Assembly (NCBI GenBank): GCA_051530055.1 | Contig: CM121341.1 | Coordinates: 8,968,784 to 9,032,783, forward strand | Direction: 5' to 3' | Length of the DNA: 64,000 nucleotides | Source of the DNA: Neoechinorhynchus agilis | Taxonomy: Eukaryota > Animalia > Acanthocephala | Shown: piece after piece, positions 33,526-45,719 of the stretch | Position numbering within the stretch: the stretch's first letter is position 1 | Layout of the letters: each line of letters opens with the position of its first letter | Notes under the pieces: generated by a model | Told to the model about the DNA's origin: nothing | Database searches by the model: none | Seen by the model: only the letters and a program-made list of their open reading frames with translations | Made by a program: the position numbers and the translations under genes

Positions 33526-36145
33526 ATGTTGTGTCCCGATTCTGAGATTCCTACTCTTGATATCAACAATTTAACGTTCGATTTGATGGACTTTAGGCGG
33601 CTGTCGGATTTGGAGACGGCACTAAAGGTCGAAGTTAAAGAGCATTGTCCACTCGGTAGCTTCGATGATGCCGTTGCTCTTTTCGACTCCGTCAATCTGT
33701 TCATGGATAAAGTCCCGGAGGATAATATCCATTGGATTAGATGTCTGTCTATTCCACTGATTGAAGAACTTCTTGAACCCATTAAAGATCAGATTAGGCC
33801 CCTTCTTGAAGAATGTTTAAAAACAATCGAATCAGGAGTGCCGTTAACGAATCGGATTCGATTGACGCGCCGATTCGTTGAAATGTGTTTCCGGTTAAAA
33901 ATGTTCGATCGGCTTGTTGAACCAGTCATTACGGACATTAGTAATGCTTATGTCATCGATTCTATTGATCGCTGTGATCCAAAAGAAGATACCAAGCGCG
34001 TTTTCCTCCTTAGCGTCTAAAAGAGGACAAAGTGCTCGATAAAGTACTCGAAGCAGCTGAACAATGGGTAAATAGACAATTTAAGAAATTTCTGTTCATA
34101 ATTGTTCCATCTACACCTCAAGCTAGACAACAAGCCAGTCAAATCTCGGCAGGACTTCTTCTTTCAATAAAACGAGCATTCGTACATCGTCGATGTGAAT
34201 CCATTTTCAATCTAATAAGAGACTATCCTGCGACGGGCGGAAGCATTCGGGAGTTATGCAGGGCCTTGCGGTCGAGCTGCATGACTCTTCCCAATGATTT
34301 TGTAGAGAAACTTATCTCGGCCATTCATACTCGCCTTCTTATTCGAGGAATTCCAACTGAAGATATTTTGCAATTCTTCGTGTCAGCCGTTAAAATACTC
34401 GGAATGGTAGATAGCAGTGGCAGTGTCCGAGACAAGGTCTGTAAAACGAGTGCATTTGTATACACGAGAAAATGAAAGGTTAAAATCAAAGATTTTGTTA
34501 TAGAACATTGAAAATCGATTTAGACAGACGTTCTAGAGGAGAGCGGGAAAAAAATCCATTTTTAATAATCATCGACAGAGAAAATCCTTCGGGTTAGTCA
34601 AAGTATACTTTTTTGGTGAAAATAATCAACCGGTAATAGCGCATTTGATTTATTGGACAAGCAATGACTGATGAGGCGAGGTTACTTTGTTCGAAATATT
34701 TCCCCAATAAATCAAATATGTGATGAATGGTTGATTATTTTCACCAAAATTATAAATTTTAAAAATCCATTCCTCAAATTCAACAACAATATTGTTTTTA
34801 TCGTAGGCATTTTGAACGTTGTTAAGTTTAAAAAAATTATGATCTCTTAGCCATTATTTTTAACAAAAAATTTCTATTTCCGTCTACAATTGTGCCAGAT
34901 AATGTAATCAAGACTTATTTGAAAAAACAAGGGGATACTGTAAAGGCAATAATATCTTCAATGACATCCGAGGAAGGAATGGATATGTGGGCAAGGGATC
35001 CAAATGACGAACAAAGTCTCCGTGAGTGGGAAGATTGGCTTCCAGAACCACTTGAAGCTTACCAACTTCCTCTTCATTACTCGAGAAAGACGGATATGCT
35101 CACTATTTTAGTCGGAATTTATGACTCGCCGTCTGCCTTCGTAGCCGAGTATCAAAGAGTTCTCAGCTCGCGAATTTTGAGTCGTTCGCCGGAATTGGAA
35201 TCACTTCGTTGCCAAGAAGAGCGATATATTCGCATTTTGGGTCAGAAATTCGGAGAACAAGAAGTCCATGACTGCAAGATTATGATGAGTGATATTGGAC
35301 GATCGGTCGCTTTTAACATAAGAGACCTTAGAATGCCTATCGATGTCGACGAGGAAAAAATACAGCAGCGATTTTTAAATTCGTTTTGTTTCTATTAATT
35401 TTCGCTGCTCATAAAGGCACAGGCGCTGATTTTCTCTTTCAAATACTGGCCGGAGGTTATTTTGCGAGAGGCTATCATTTTGCCAGAAATTTTTGTTCAA
35501 TTTTTTCTAATGGTTCGTGAACGGTTTAAGGCGTCAAATCCTGACCAGACTCTGGACTTCTTTCATGATCACGAAATAGTCGATATTGAGTTGGAATTCG
35601 AGAACTCAAAAACCGTTGAGCTAACGGTTACGTTACTCGAAGCTCTCGTTCTGATGAAGTTTCAAGAAACTACTCATTGGTTCGCTAGTAAATTAGCCGA
35701 AGCTTTGCATATTTCAGCCGCTTGTATTCGACAGATAATGGCATTTTGGCTTAAGACTGGTTTGTTCTTTGAAGGCGGTCGTGGCGACTATTTACTAGTT
35801 GAAGATGACTTTAAAGATTCTCCGGAAATCCATCGGACGTGTTTTGAAGCTTACCTTGAACCTAAAATTGAGCTGGATGACGGTGAAGACGTAGCAATCA
35901 AACGAAGAACCAAGTACGCCAAACTATGTTGGCACTATGTAACTACGGTGCTTCGTTACAGTGAGGGAGTTGGAATTGAACGACTGTTCTCCATTATAAA
36001 AACTCATGCAATGCAATTCAGTAAAGACATCCATCTCCACGATATTCGAGGAATAATTGATGAGAAACTGGCCACTGGTGAACTCGTCTGCGTCGACAAT
36101 GTCTATAAACTCAGTAGCCAAACTCTGGGGGATGCAAGGAGATGA
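33526..36145 (+). CDS. ANAPC2: Anaphase-promoting complex subunit 2 (cullin-like)
   Basis: TRLLIRGIPTEDIL..VSAVKIL, YLKKQGDTVKAII, W.PEPLEA, DMLTILVGIY.S..FV.EY..LS.RIL, FGEQEVHDCKIMMSDI..S, ALIFS..YWP and a C-terminal winged-helix-like end. True start may lie upstream; 458-nt GT-AG intron at 34441-34898. Confidence 0.9.
35366..35416 (+). other. Putative non-canonical intron (51 nt, exon CAG|CA...AAAG)
   Basis: Removes an in-frame TAA; near-direct repeat ATACAG/ATAAAG; perfect 8-bp stem AGCAGCGA/TCGCTGCT. A 72-nt GT-AG alternative exists. Confidence 0.45.
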
Positions 36146-36831
36146 TGAGTTTTAGTGTTGAAGAGAAAAATGGGTCGCTTGCCAATGTTCAGTAAAATAT
36201 TAAGCGTATCGTCTTCGATATGTGAACGAATCAATTGCTAACTGATATTGATGACTAAGCGAGATCCCAAGTCATTGATAATCAATATTATCGATCCATT
36301 TCCAAGTTAACTATTGCGGCTTTACGTTAGAACGAATTTTTGCCTTTTGAAGGGAAACTGTAACTTTTAGTCTCTCAATGTGTTCATAATTTAGTAAATT
36401 CTGCTAAAATCTTCACTTTTTATCTTTTGATTCGATTAATGTTTATAGCGATCATTTTGGTGGCATAATGATTACTGAGGAGAAATGGTGTGCAATTATG
36501 ACGGGTTTGAATGGTCTTGATGACCACCGCTAGAACTTGGGCGAGAACGGACTATCTGACTTCTCAAAATGAAGGATAAATCTTCGGCCAGATGAAGTTT
36601 CATCAGTTCGATCGCGGCGCCCCCGTGCTTTTACTAGTGAAGTAGTTGACCATTTTTGTTGTGGATTCAATTGAAGCACGAAGGAAAGATTTTTGGAGAA
36701 ATCGTGTTGTCTTCGAGTCTCGGACTCATTTGTTTTTATTTATAATTGAAGTTCGAGTTTTCGGAAACGCTATGCTGAATGATCTATAGAAAAAAATTGA
36801 TAATATTTAGAATAATCTTCATTTCATTTTT

Positions 36832-38250
36832 ATGCTGCTTCGCCCTACTCAGTTAGGCCGCTATACACCTTGTGGCGCAGAGGCGATTGTTCATTCACTT
36901 CGCAAGTTCATCATCGGAAACTCAAAGCCGTGCGAGATCTTGAAATGCGATTTTGAGAATGCATTCAACACAGTTCACCGAGTAGATTTGCTCGAAATAG
37001 TTAGAGATCACACACCAGAAGCATTTCGCTATTTCGTTAATGCTTAATGGGACGTCAACTCCCTTGTTGTTCAATAAACACGTTTTGTGGTCAAAAAGAG
37101 GAGCTCAACAAAGAAGCTCTTTTGGGCCCGATAACCTTCTCATTAGCAGTCAATCCCGTCGCGCACTCTCTCCAGTCCAGCTTTAACGGCTGGTACCTGG
37201 ACAATGGCACGCTCGGAGGTAACCCCTCTGTAGTACTGCGCGATTTGGAGACGCTCGTGAAGCCGAGGGCGAAAATTGACATTGAATTGAATGCTGCGAA
37301 ATGCGAGATTTTAGTGATGAACGCGGAAGATGAGGCGCCCAGGCAAACTGTCGTGAAAGATTTTCAGAACCTGCCTCCCGGGATAGAAGTGACCACTCTA
37401 GACCTGTTGAGTCTTCTAAGAAGTTGCATTTTTGGTTCTAATGCTGAAGTAGAGATTGCCAATCTTCAACCGCAACTTTGGGTACTGTGTGAACGAGTTG
37501 ATGAATTATCTTCACACGAGGCTTTGTTCCTGATAAAGAACACCCTCTTCATTCCAAAACCGATGTATAAACTCCGCACAGCACCTATTTTATACATAAG
37601 GATAAGCTGGAAAAATTAGACGAGAAGGTGAAAGCCTCTCTCGGGGAATTTTAAATACTCAGCTGTCGGACGAAGCTTGGCGTCAAGCGTCCTTGCCTGT
37701 GTCGTCCGGCGGTTATGGTATCCGAAAAGCAGCCGATATTTCTCAGCTTATTTGGGATCGTTTGAAACAATCCGCAAAATAATTAATTCCGTTATTGGCG
37801 AGAATTACACTTTGGATGAAGATTTCGTAGAGGCGCTTAATCTTTGGTGACAGTAAGGATTGCAGTGTCCCTGAGACTTGGGGTACCGATGTGTACGTCC
37901 CTTTGCAGAACCATCGGGACGTCATGGTCTCGTCTGTCGGCGACACGTCGAACCCTGAATACTGTGAATGTGCCCAACATCCTAAAGCCGAGCAATCCTT
38001 GCCGAATCGATGGCCGTCGTAGACCGGACAATGTCATAGTATTCCCGTGGCGAAAGGAGGCAAATACCTTTTCTGGGACGCTACGTTCATGTACACGATC
38101 ACAGCAAGCAACATAAAATTCGCTACCATTAAACCAGGGGAGCAGCAACCGCCGCTGAGGAACGCAAAAAGACAAAATACAGGGACCCCTTTGGCGTCGA
38201 GACACTTGGGTCGTTTGGTAGGAATTGTCCAAGAGATTGAGACGAATCAC
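36832..38250 (+). mobile_element. Decayed CRE-clade element (RT to RLE)
   Basis: QLGRYTPCGAEAIVH, KCDFENAFNTVHR, NGWYLDNGTLGG, ELNAAKCEIL, EPSNPCRIDGRRPDN..FPW..GKYLFWDAT. Confidence 0.9.
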
Positions 38251-38439
38251 ATTCTATTCTTCATAATCCGATCAATGATTTTATCGACAGTAAGATCGCA
38301 TTGTGCATTTACTTGCTTAAAAACACCTTTATTCTTCGCAAATCTGTAAGGATCTATAAGAAATTGAAACTACTGATACTCTAAAACACACAAAGGGAGT
38401 TCACAAGACAACGTCTATCGCGTCAGAGTTCCACAAATA

Positions 38440-41400
38440 ATAACACGTTTATCAATTGATAAAATTTACAAGTTTTGGAAGGTGATGTTCTGTGTAGCCG
38501 CTGTTTTCCTCACGCTGGCAGCATTGCCTCGTTGTACTGCGAGGGAGATGTTTTGTTTAAGGAATGCTGTAGCACGCGGGTCCCTTTTCATCGCCATCGA
38601 ACTCTTGGCTATATCTGAAACCAGCTGAAGTGCGGATTCTCCGAGCCCGACCGTTTCGATCCCGAAAGGCACAAAATGGAAGCTCTCCCTCAGCTCAGCG
38701 TATTTTGCCGCTCTCGATGCTCCGCTGCGGTCGCTACAGCACCGGAGCCAGGTGAAGGTCATCTCCATCGCTATTGGTAAAGTTCGTCTATGTTTATTTT
38801 TAGTGATTGAGAAAAAAGAGACTAATTTTATTAATTTTTATTAAAATTTACAAGTTTTGGAAGGTGATGTTCTGTGTAGCCGCTGTTTTCCTCACGCTGG
38901 CAGCATTGCCTCGTTGTACTGCGAGGGAGATGTTTTGTTTAAGGATTGCTGTAGCACGCGGGTCCCTTTTCATCGCCATCGAACTCTTGGCTATATCTGA
39001 AACCAGCTGAAGTGCGGATTCTCCGAGGGCCCGACCGTTTCGATCCCGAAAGCACAAAATGGAAGCTCTCCCTCAGCTCAGCGTATTTTGCCGCTCTCCG
39101 ATGCTCCGCTGCGGTCGCTACAGCACCGGAGCCAGGTGAAGGTCATCTCCATCGCTATTGGTAAAGTTCGCCTATGTTTATTTTTAGTGATTGAGAAAAA
39201 AGAGACTAATTTTATTAATTTTTATTAAAATTTACAAGTTTTGGAAGGTGATGTTCTGTGTAGCCGCTGTTTTCCTCACGCTGGCAGCATTGCCTCGTTG
39301 TACTGCGAGGGAGATGTTTTGTTTAAGGAATGCTGTAGCACGCGGGTCCCTTTTCATCGCCATCGAACTCTTGGCTATATCTGAAACCAGCTGAAGTGCG
39401 GATTCTCCGAGGGCCCCGACCGTTTCGATCCCGAAAGGCACAAAATGGAAGCTCTCCCTCAGCTCAGCGTATTTTGCCGCTCTCCGATGCTCCGCTGCGG
39501 TCGCTACAGCACCGGAGCCAGGTGAAGGTCATCTCCATCGCTATTGGTAAAGTTCGCCTATGTTTATTTTTAGTGATTGAGAAAAAAGAGACTAATTTTA
39601 TTAATTTTTATTAAAATTTACAAGTTTTGGAAGGTGATGTTCTGTGTAGCCGCTGTTTTCCTCACGCTGGCAGCATTGCCTCGTTGTACTGCGAGGGAGA
39701 TGTTTTGTTTAAGGAATGCTGTAGCACGCGGGTCCCTTTTCATCGCCATCGAACTCTTGGCTATATCTGAAACCAGCTGAGTGCGGATTCTCCGAGGGCC
39801 CGACCGTTTCGATCCCGAAAGGCACAAAATGGAAGCTCTCCCTCAGCTCAGCGTATTTTGCCGCTCTCCGATGCTCCGCTGCGGTCGCTACAGCACCGGA
39901 GCCAGGTGAAGGTCATCTCCATCGCTATTGGTAAAGTTCGCCTATGTTTATTTTTAGTGATTGAGAAAAAAGAGACAAATTTTTATCAAAATTTACAAGT
40001 TTTGGAAGGTGATGTTCTGTGTAGCCGCTGTTTTCCTCACGCTGGCAGCATTGCCTCGTTGTACTGCGAGGGAGATGTTTTGTTTAAGGAATGCTGTAGC
40101 ACGCGGGTCCCTTTTCATCGCCATCGAACTCTTGGCTATATCTGAAACCAGCTGAAGTGCGGATTCTCCGAGGGCCCGACCGTTTCGATCCCGAAAGGCA
40201 CAAAATGGAAGCTCTCCCTCAGCTCAGCGTATTTTGCCGCTCTCCGATGCTCCGCTGCGGTCGCTACAGCACCGGAGCCAGGTGAAGGTCATCTCCATCG
40301 CTATTGGTAAAGTTCGTCTATGTTTATTTTTAGTGATTGAGAAAAAAGAGACTAATTTTATTAATTTTTATTAAAATTTACAAGTTTTGGAAGGTGATGT
40401 TCTGTGTAGCCGCTGTTTTCCTCACGCTGGCAGCATTGCCTCGTTGTACTGCGAGGGAGATGTTTTGTTTAAGGATTGCTGTCGCACGCGGGTCCCTTTT
40501 CATCGCCATCGAACTCTTGGCTATATCTGAAACCAGCTGAAGTGCGGATTCTCCGAGGGCCCGACCGTTTCGATCCCGAAAGGCACAAAATGGAAGCTCT
40601 CCCTCAGCTCAGCGTATTTTGCCGCTCTCCGATGCTCCGCTGCGGTCGCTACAGCACCGGAGCCAGGTGAAGGTCATCTCCATCGCTATTGGTAAAGTTC
40701 GTCTATGTTTATTTTTAGTGATTGAGAAAAAAGAGACTAATTTTATTAATTTTTATTAAAATTTACAAGTTTTGGAAGGTGATGTTCTGTGTAGCCGCTG
40801 TTTTCCTCACGCTGGCAGCATTGCCTCGTTGTACTGCGAGGGAGATGTTTTGTTTAAGGATTGCTGTAGCACGCGGGTCCCTTTTCATCGCCATCGAACT
40901 CTTGGCTATATCTGAAACCAGCTGAAGTGCGGATTCTCCGAGGGCCCCGACCGTTTCGATCCCGAAAGGCACAAAATGGAAGCTCTCCCTCAGCTCAGCG
41001 TATTTTGCCGCTCTCCGATGCTCCGCTGCGGTCGCTACAGCACCGGAGCCAGGTGAAGGTCATCTCCATCGCTATTGGTAAAGTTCGTCTATGTTTATTT
41101 TTAGTGATTGAGAAAAAAGAGACTAATTTTATTAATTTTTATTAAAATTTACAAGTTTTGGAAGGTGATGTTCTGTGTAGCCGCTGTTTTCCTCACGCTG
41201 GCAGCATTCCCTCGTTGTACTGCGAGGGAGATGTTTTGTTTAAGGAATGCTGTAGCACGCGGGTCCCTTTTCATCGCCATCGAACTCTTGGCTATATCTG
41301 AAACCAGCTGGTGCGGATTCTCCGAGGGCCCGACCGTTTCGATCCCGAAAGGCACAAAATGGAAGCTCTCCCTCAGCTCAGCGTATTTTGCCGCTCTCCG

Positions 41401-42305
41401 ATGCTCCGCTGCGGTCGCTACAGCACCGGAGCCAGGTGAAGGTCATCTCCATCGCTATTGGTAAAGTTCGTCTATGTTTATTTTTAGTGATTGAGAAAAA
41501 AGAGACTAATTTTATTAATTTTTATTAAAATTTACAAGTTTTGGAAGGTGATGTTCTGTGTAGCCGCTGTTTTCCTCACGCTGGCAGCATTGCCTCGTTG
41601 TACTGCGAGGGAGATGTTTTGTTTAAGGATAGATGTCGCACGCGGGTCCCTTTTCATCGCCATCGAACTCTTGGCTATATCTGAAACCAGCTGAAGTGCG
41701 GATTCTCCGAGGGCCCCGACCGTTTCGATCCCGAAAGGCACAAAATGGAAGCTCTCCCTCAGCTCAGCGTATTTTGCCGCTCTCCGATGCTCCGCTGCGG
41801 TCGCTACAGCACCGGAGCCAGGTGAAGGTCATCTCCATCGCTATTGGTAAAGTTCGCCTATGTTTATTTTTAGTGATTGAGAAAAAAGAGACTAATTTTA
41901 TTAATTTTTATTAAAATTTACAAGTTTTGGAAGGTGATGTTCTGTGTAGCCGCTGTTTTCCTCACGCTGGCAGCATTGCCTCGTTGTACTGCGAGGGAGA
42001 TGTTTTGTTTAAGGAATGCTGTAGCACGCGGGTCCCTTTTCATCGCCATCGAACTCTTGGCTATATCTGAAACCAGCTGAAGTGCGGATTCTCCGAGGGC
42101 CCCGACCGTTTCGATCCCGAAAGGCACAAAATGGAAGCTCTCCCTCAGCTCAGCGTATTTTGCCGCTCTCCGATGCTCCGCTGCGGTCGCTACAGCACCG
42201 GAGCCAGGTGAAGGTCATCTCCATCGCTATTGGTAAAGTTCGCCTATGTTTATTTATAGTGATTGAGAAAAAAGAGACTAATTTTATTAATTTTTTTAAA
42301 ATTTA
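38440..42305 (-). repeat. Tandem array, 10 units of 376-386 bp; each is a CRE 3' end (~343 bp) plus 43 bp of DHX8 S1-domain exon
   Basis: Anchor ATCTCCATCGCTATTGG at 38761, 39145, 39531, 39915, 40291, 40676, 41062, 41445, 41831, 42217; the unit matches 50900-51285. Confidence 0.97.
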
Positions 42306-42959
42306 AATGACAGTAAACGAATAGTTTTTTAGATCAATAAATCATTTTTGGCTCTATTGGTTTCCATTTTCGTCAACAATCCCTACAATTCCCACACGGA
42401 AGAATGTACAAAAAAGCATAGATTTTGGTCGTAATTCGTTTTTTTTTGAGGGAATTCTTTTATTGTGTCCTATTTTTTTAGAAAAGAAAATTGTAGAGTT
42501 CGCAAACCGAAATCGGACAATACATGCTTTTGTTTTCCACTAATTATTCATGTTGTTGTTTTAAGAAAAAAAAAGTTTGTTTATGTGTCGGAAGAATGGA
42601 TTTATCGAGTCCAAGATTGTTTTCAGACTTGTAAATAGGCTCAAGAACAAAATTCCATCTTCCGACCCATGAACAAACATGAACAATTCAATGCTTAAAC
42701 AAGTAAAATGTTTTCAATCTACACTCAATTCGTGTTCAAAAATGACGTGGCATAAAACGTGATTATCACGAATACGGAAGAATCGTTGTTGTTGGGTGCT
42801 TGAATTGTAAACGCTTTCGGGTTATTGCGTTTGCTTTAACGACTCGGTGTTTTGATTTGGGATTTAGCCATCATTTTCGGGGGTTTGATATTGGGGTGAT
42901 GGATTTTTGCGGCCTTTTGGTCCGCCTGACCAGTTTTCCTTTGATTTTTCTAGAGATCG

Positions 42960-43808
42960 ATGTATCGGCAAAGTCAATCATCCCAGCAATACCGAAGAGA
43001 TGTTTGGTACCGGTCGTCTCCTCTGGAGCGTATAAACCGACGTGGGTGGACGGACGAACGGCGAACATTTGATAACCGTAACCAAGAAACCACTGGAAAC
43101 CGCATTCAGTTCGGTCAACGCCGCAATAATGAGCGTGAATACCAAAGACGCCCAATTCGTTCATTCAATCCGAGAGCAACCAGTGGAAGACGTTTCGCCA
43201 ATTTCAATCAACCAATACGATTCAACAACAGTCGAAACCGACTCGATGATCCTGCAATGCCAAATGATAGACGCTTCGCCAGTGTTAATACTCACAATGA
43301 ACCTGTTTTCGTTGATTCCAAACTCGATATGGGATTGGATGACATTATAGCTCAAAATAGAAATCGCGATCGTTATCGACGAAGACCATTCAAGGCTAAT
43401 CGGCAATTCGAACGGAGATTTCAACCTCATCGTAAAGGACCTTCTGGATGGATGCGTAGACTTGATCGAAGTGCTTCGAATGCTCGTTATTTTCAAAGAA
43501 CGTATCGCCCTGGAGATGGTAGACGCAACTTTCAACGGAACCGTTTACCCATGGTACAACGTAACGTTCGCAATCCTAACCTACGAAACCCTCAAGGGGA
43601 TTTGGATTTTGAGTATACTCGTTTCCGTAGAAGATATGACATTCGCCCTAATCCGAATGACCGATTCGCAGCGCGAACTGCCTTATTGCGGGCAAGGCAA
43701 CGGTTCATCATGCAACAAAGACGAAGAGCACAAGAACAGTCGATTCGTCGCGGTCCTTGGAATCCGCGGGATATTGGCGGTCCGTATAACCGTCGTCGTC
43801 GTCTTTAG
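42960..43808 (+). CDS. Arg-rich protein with a UAP56-binding motif (ALYREF/FYTTD1-like mRNA export adaptor)
   Basis: 282-aa R/N-rich ORF containing KLDMGLDDIIAQNR, resembling the UBM (K)MDMSLDDII; no RRM visible. Confidence 0.6.
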   Translation: MYRQSQSSQQYRRDVWYRSSPLERINRRGWTDERRTFDNRNQETTGNRIQFGQRRNNEREYQRRPIRSFNPRATSGRRFANFNQPIRFNNSRNRLDDPAMPNDRRFASVNTHNEPVFVDSKLDMGLDDIIAQNRNRDRYRRRPFKANRQFERRFQPHRKGPSGWMRRLDRSASNARYFQRTYRPGDGRRNFQRNRLPMVQRNVRNPNLRNPQGDLDFEYTRFRRRYDIRPNPNDRFAARTALLRARQRFIMQQRRRAQEQSIRRGPWNPRDIGGPYNRRRRL

Positions 43809-44511
43809 AACGCGCAAGCGAGCCAGCATGGATTTCGTCCATACGCACAACACGAAAAACCCCCCGTCGTGCCACCATGCTGCTACATGAAGCTGGCAGC
43901 ACTGTTGCCAGATTATTAGCGAACTTGTTCTTGAGGCTCAAATAAACGAAGACGTTTTATTGATATGTCCTCCATATCTGATGAATAACCGAAGGATCAA
44001 TCATGCCCAATCGTATCCGATTATGGGCCTGGACGGCTTATAGGCCACCGAAAAAAACACATACACACACGTTTAATGCTCACGGCTGACGTTGCCTTCT
44101 TTGGAATCCGACACGAGACGATACCTGATGATTATAGTTTCCATAAGAGGAACAATACTTACGTCAAAAAAGGTAAGGCACCTCGGTGAAATTAATACTC
44201 GCCTTTTTAGTTGATGGCCATTTATACTGAATTGTAGTTAGTAGTATTTCACGAATAATGCTCATTGTTGAACGTGCCTGATTGAATCAATTTTTCTGTT
44301 CTTGAGAATGCGTTAGATGACACCGTCTACTGATCACACACACACACTAAACCAAAATGAGTCTTCAATTTCTGCAAAATCGCAAATAAATCGCATGTAA
44401 GTGCATATCTTTGGTCGTTGAGATTCTGTACATATTAAAACGGAAGTCAGTTTTGCCTTTTAATGAGCTCACCGATGCGTTGTTCCCTTAGATTTCTTTA
44501 ATTGTGAACGC

Positions 44512-45117
44512 CCATTTTATCGTCGAGCCATTACAAATCCATACTCCCCGCCGAAGTAAACGCAATGCTCTTAGGCCCAATATCGTAGAACCGAGCAATC
44601 TTTGCCGGCTCAATGGCCTAGACCGAACGGTATCACTGGAACGCTTAATCGATTGATGTTATCCAATTTAGTCTATTCTTATAAAATTAGTGGATTCGCT
44701 CCCAGCCAATAACATACAATTCGTCGCTGTTAAATCGGCGAGAGCCGCAACCGCTGATTAGAATTGCAAAAGGACCTCAGTGGAAATCATTATTTCGTTT
44801 CCTTTGGCGTCGAGACTCGGGTCGTTTTTTTTACCGTGGCGCAAGACCTGGTCATTCAATTGTCCAAGAGATTGAGACGAATCACTGGCGATCCGAGGGC
44901 AGGATAGTTCTTGCAAAACATAAAATTGTTTTCAGATTTGTGATAACTGCCATAGTTCTTGAGTTATTCGTTTTTCGATTTTTCGACAAACAACCATGCA
45001 TATCGATATCAAAACATCGATCAATTTCAAATCAAATTGCCTTATCTGGATTAAATTTTAAAGCTGCTGTCACCCGCATGTTTACCTATTGGATTCCAAA
45101 AAAGTTACCTGAATTTA
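44512..45117 (+). repeat. Direct copy of 26400-27005 (CRE-derived segment)
   Basis: Near identical over ~605 bp, with only a few substitutions or indels seen. Confidence 0.93.
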
Positions 45118-45249
45118 ATCAAAAATGCGATTAAGCGGGAAAGACCTGATAAGCCACTTTGAGCATTTCTTATACGGTGATTTCATTGATGTTATCTAAT
45201 TTCTAGCTTATTGCAAATTTCATGATCCACTGTGCGCATTTAAAAATAT

Positions 45250-45369
45250 TGCTTGTTTATAGCGTAAAAATTAATTTTTTATTAATTCCGATATTTCGGC
45301 AGAATCTTTTGCCTTTATCAAGGTAGTATCGCAAGTTTGAGCTCTTAATTTTTACGCTATAAACTAGCA
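45250..45369. repeat. Small foldback (MITE-like) inverted repeat
   Basis: GTTTATAGCGTAAAAATTAA (45255-45274) is the exact reverse complement of 45345-45364; four more pairs follow one mismatch. Confidence 0.8.
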
Positions 45370-45719
45370 TGAATAGATCAATCTTCAAGCAAAATATATT
45401 GCGTTGAATTTTAGTCCTGTACATTTGCAATTGTGATCGACGGATTGTTTTGTTTACAGGGACTCCTCTCCTATTTCAAACAACGTTCAAGCATGCTTGT
45501 TTTCTACAGAAAATGCAATCTTGAGTGAAGGAACCTAAATCACCCTCTTGAACTTTAGCTGAATTTTTTTTACAAATTTTGCTTTTTTGCTTCCTTTCAT
45601 TTTTTTTGAAATTAACTTACGTTATTTAGTTACTAAGATTGATAGTGTCACTAACGATAAATGATTTGAAAATCAGTGGAAAAATAAAATGACCTAAAAT
45701 AGGTACTTAAAAATGCGGC

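Noticed and set aside
38440-42305. CRISPR-like array
   Set aside because: No unique spacers, unit length ~385 bp, eukaryotic context; the units are retroelement/exon copies.
38807-42306. Repeated 63-118 aa ORFs (MRKKRLILL.., MRILRGPRP..)
   Set aside because: They are antisense or junction read-throughs of the CRE end and the DHX8 fragment, and are variably broken between units.
43975-44335. C/D snoRNA or hammerhead from two CTGATGA motifs
   Set aside because: The C boxes lack the leading purine, there is no terminal stem with a D box, and no GAAA follows a stem II.
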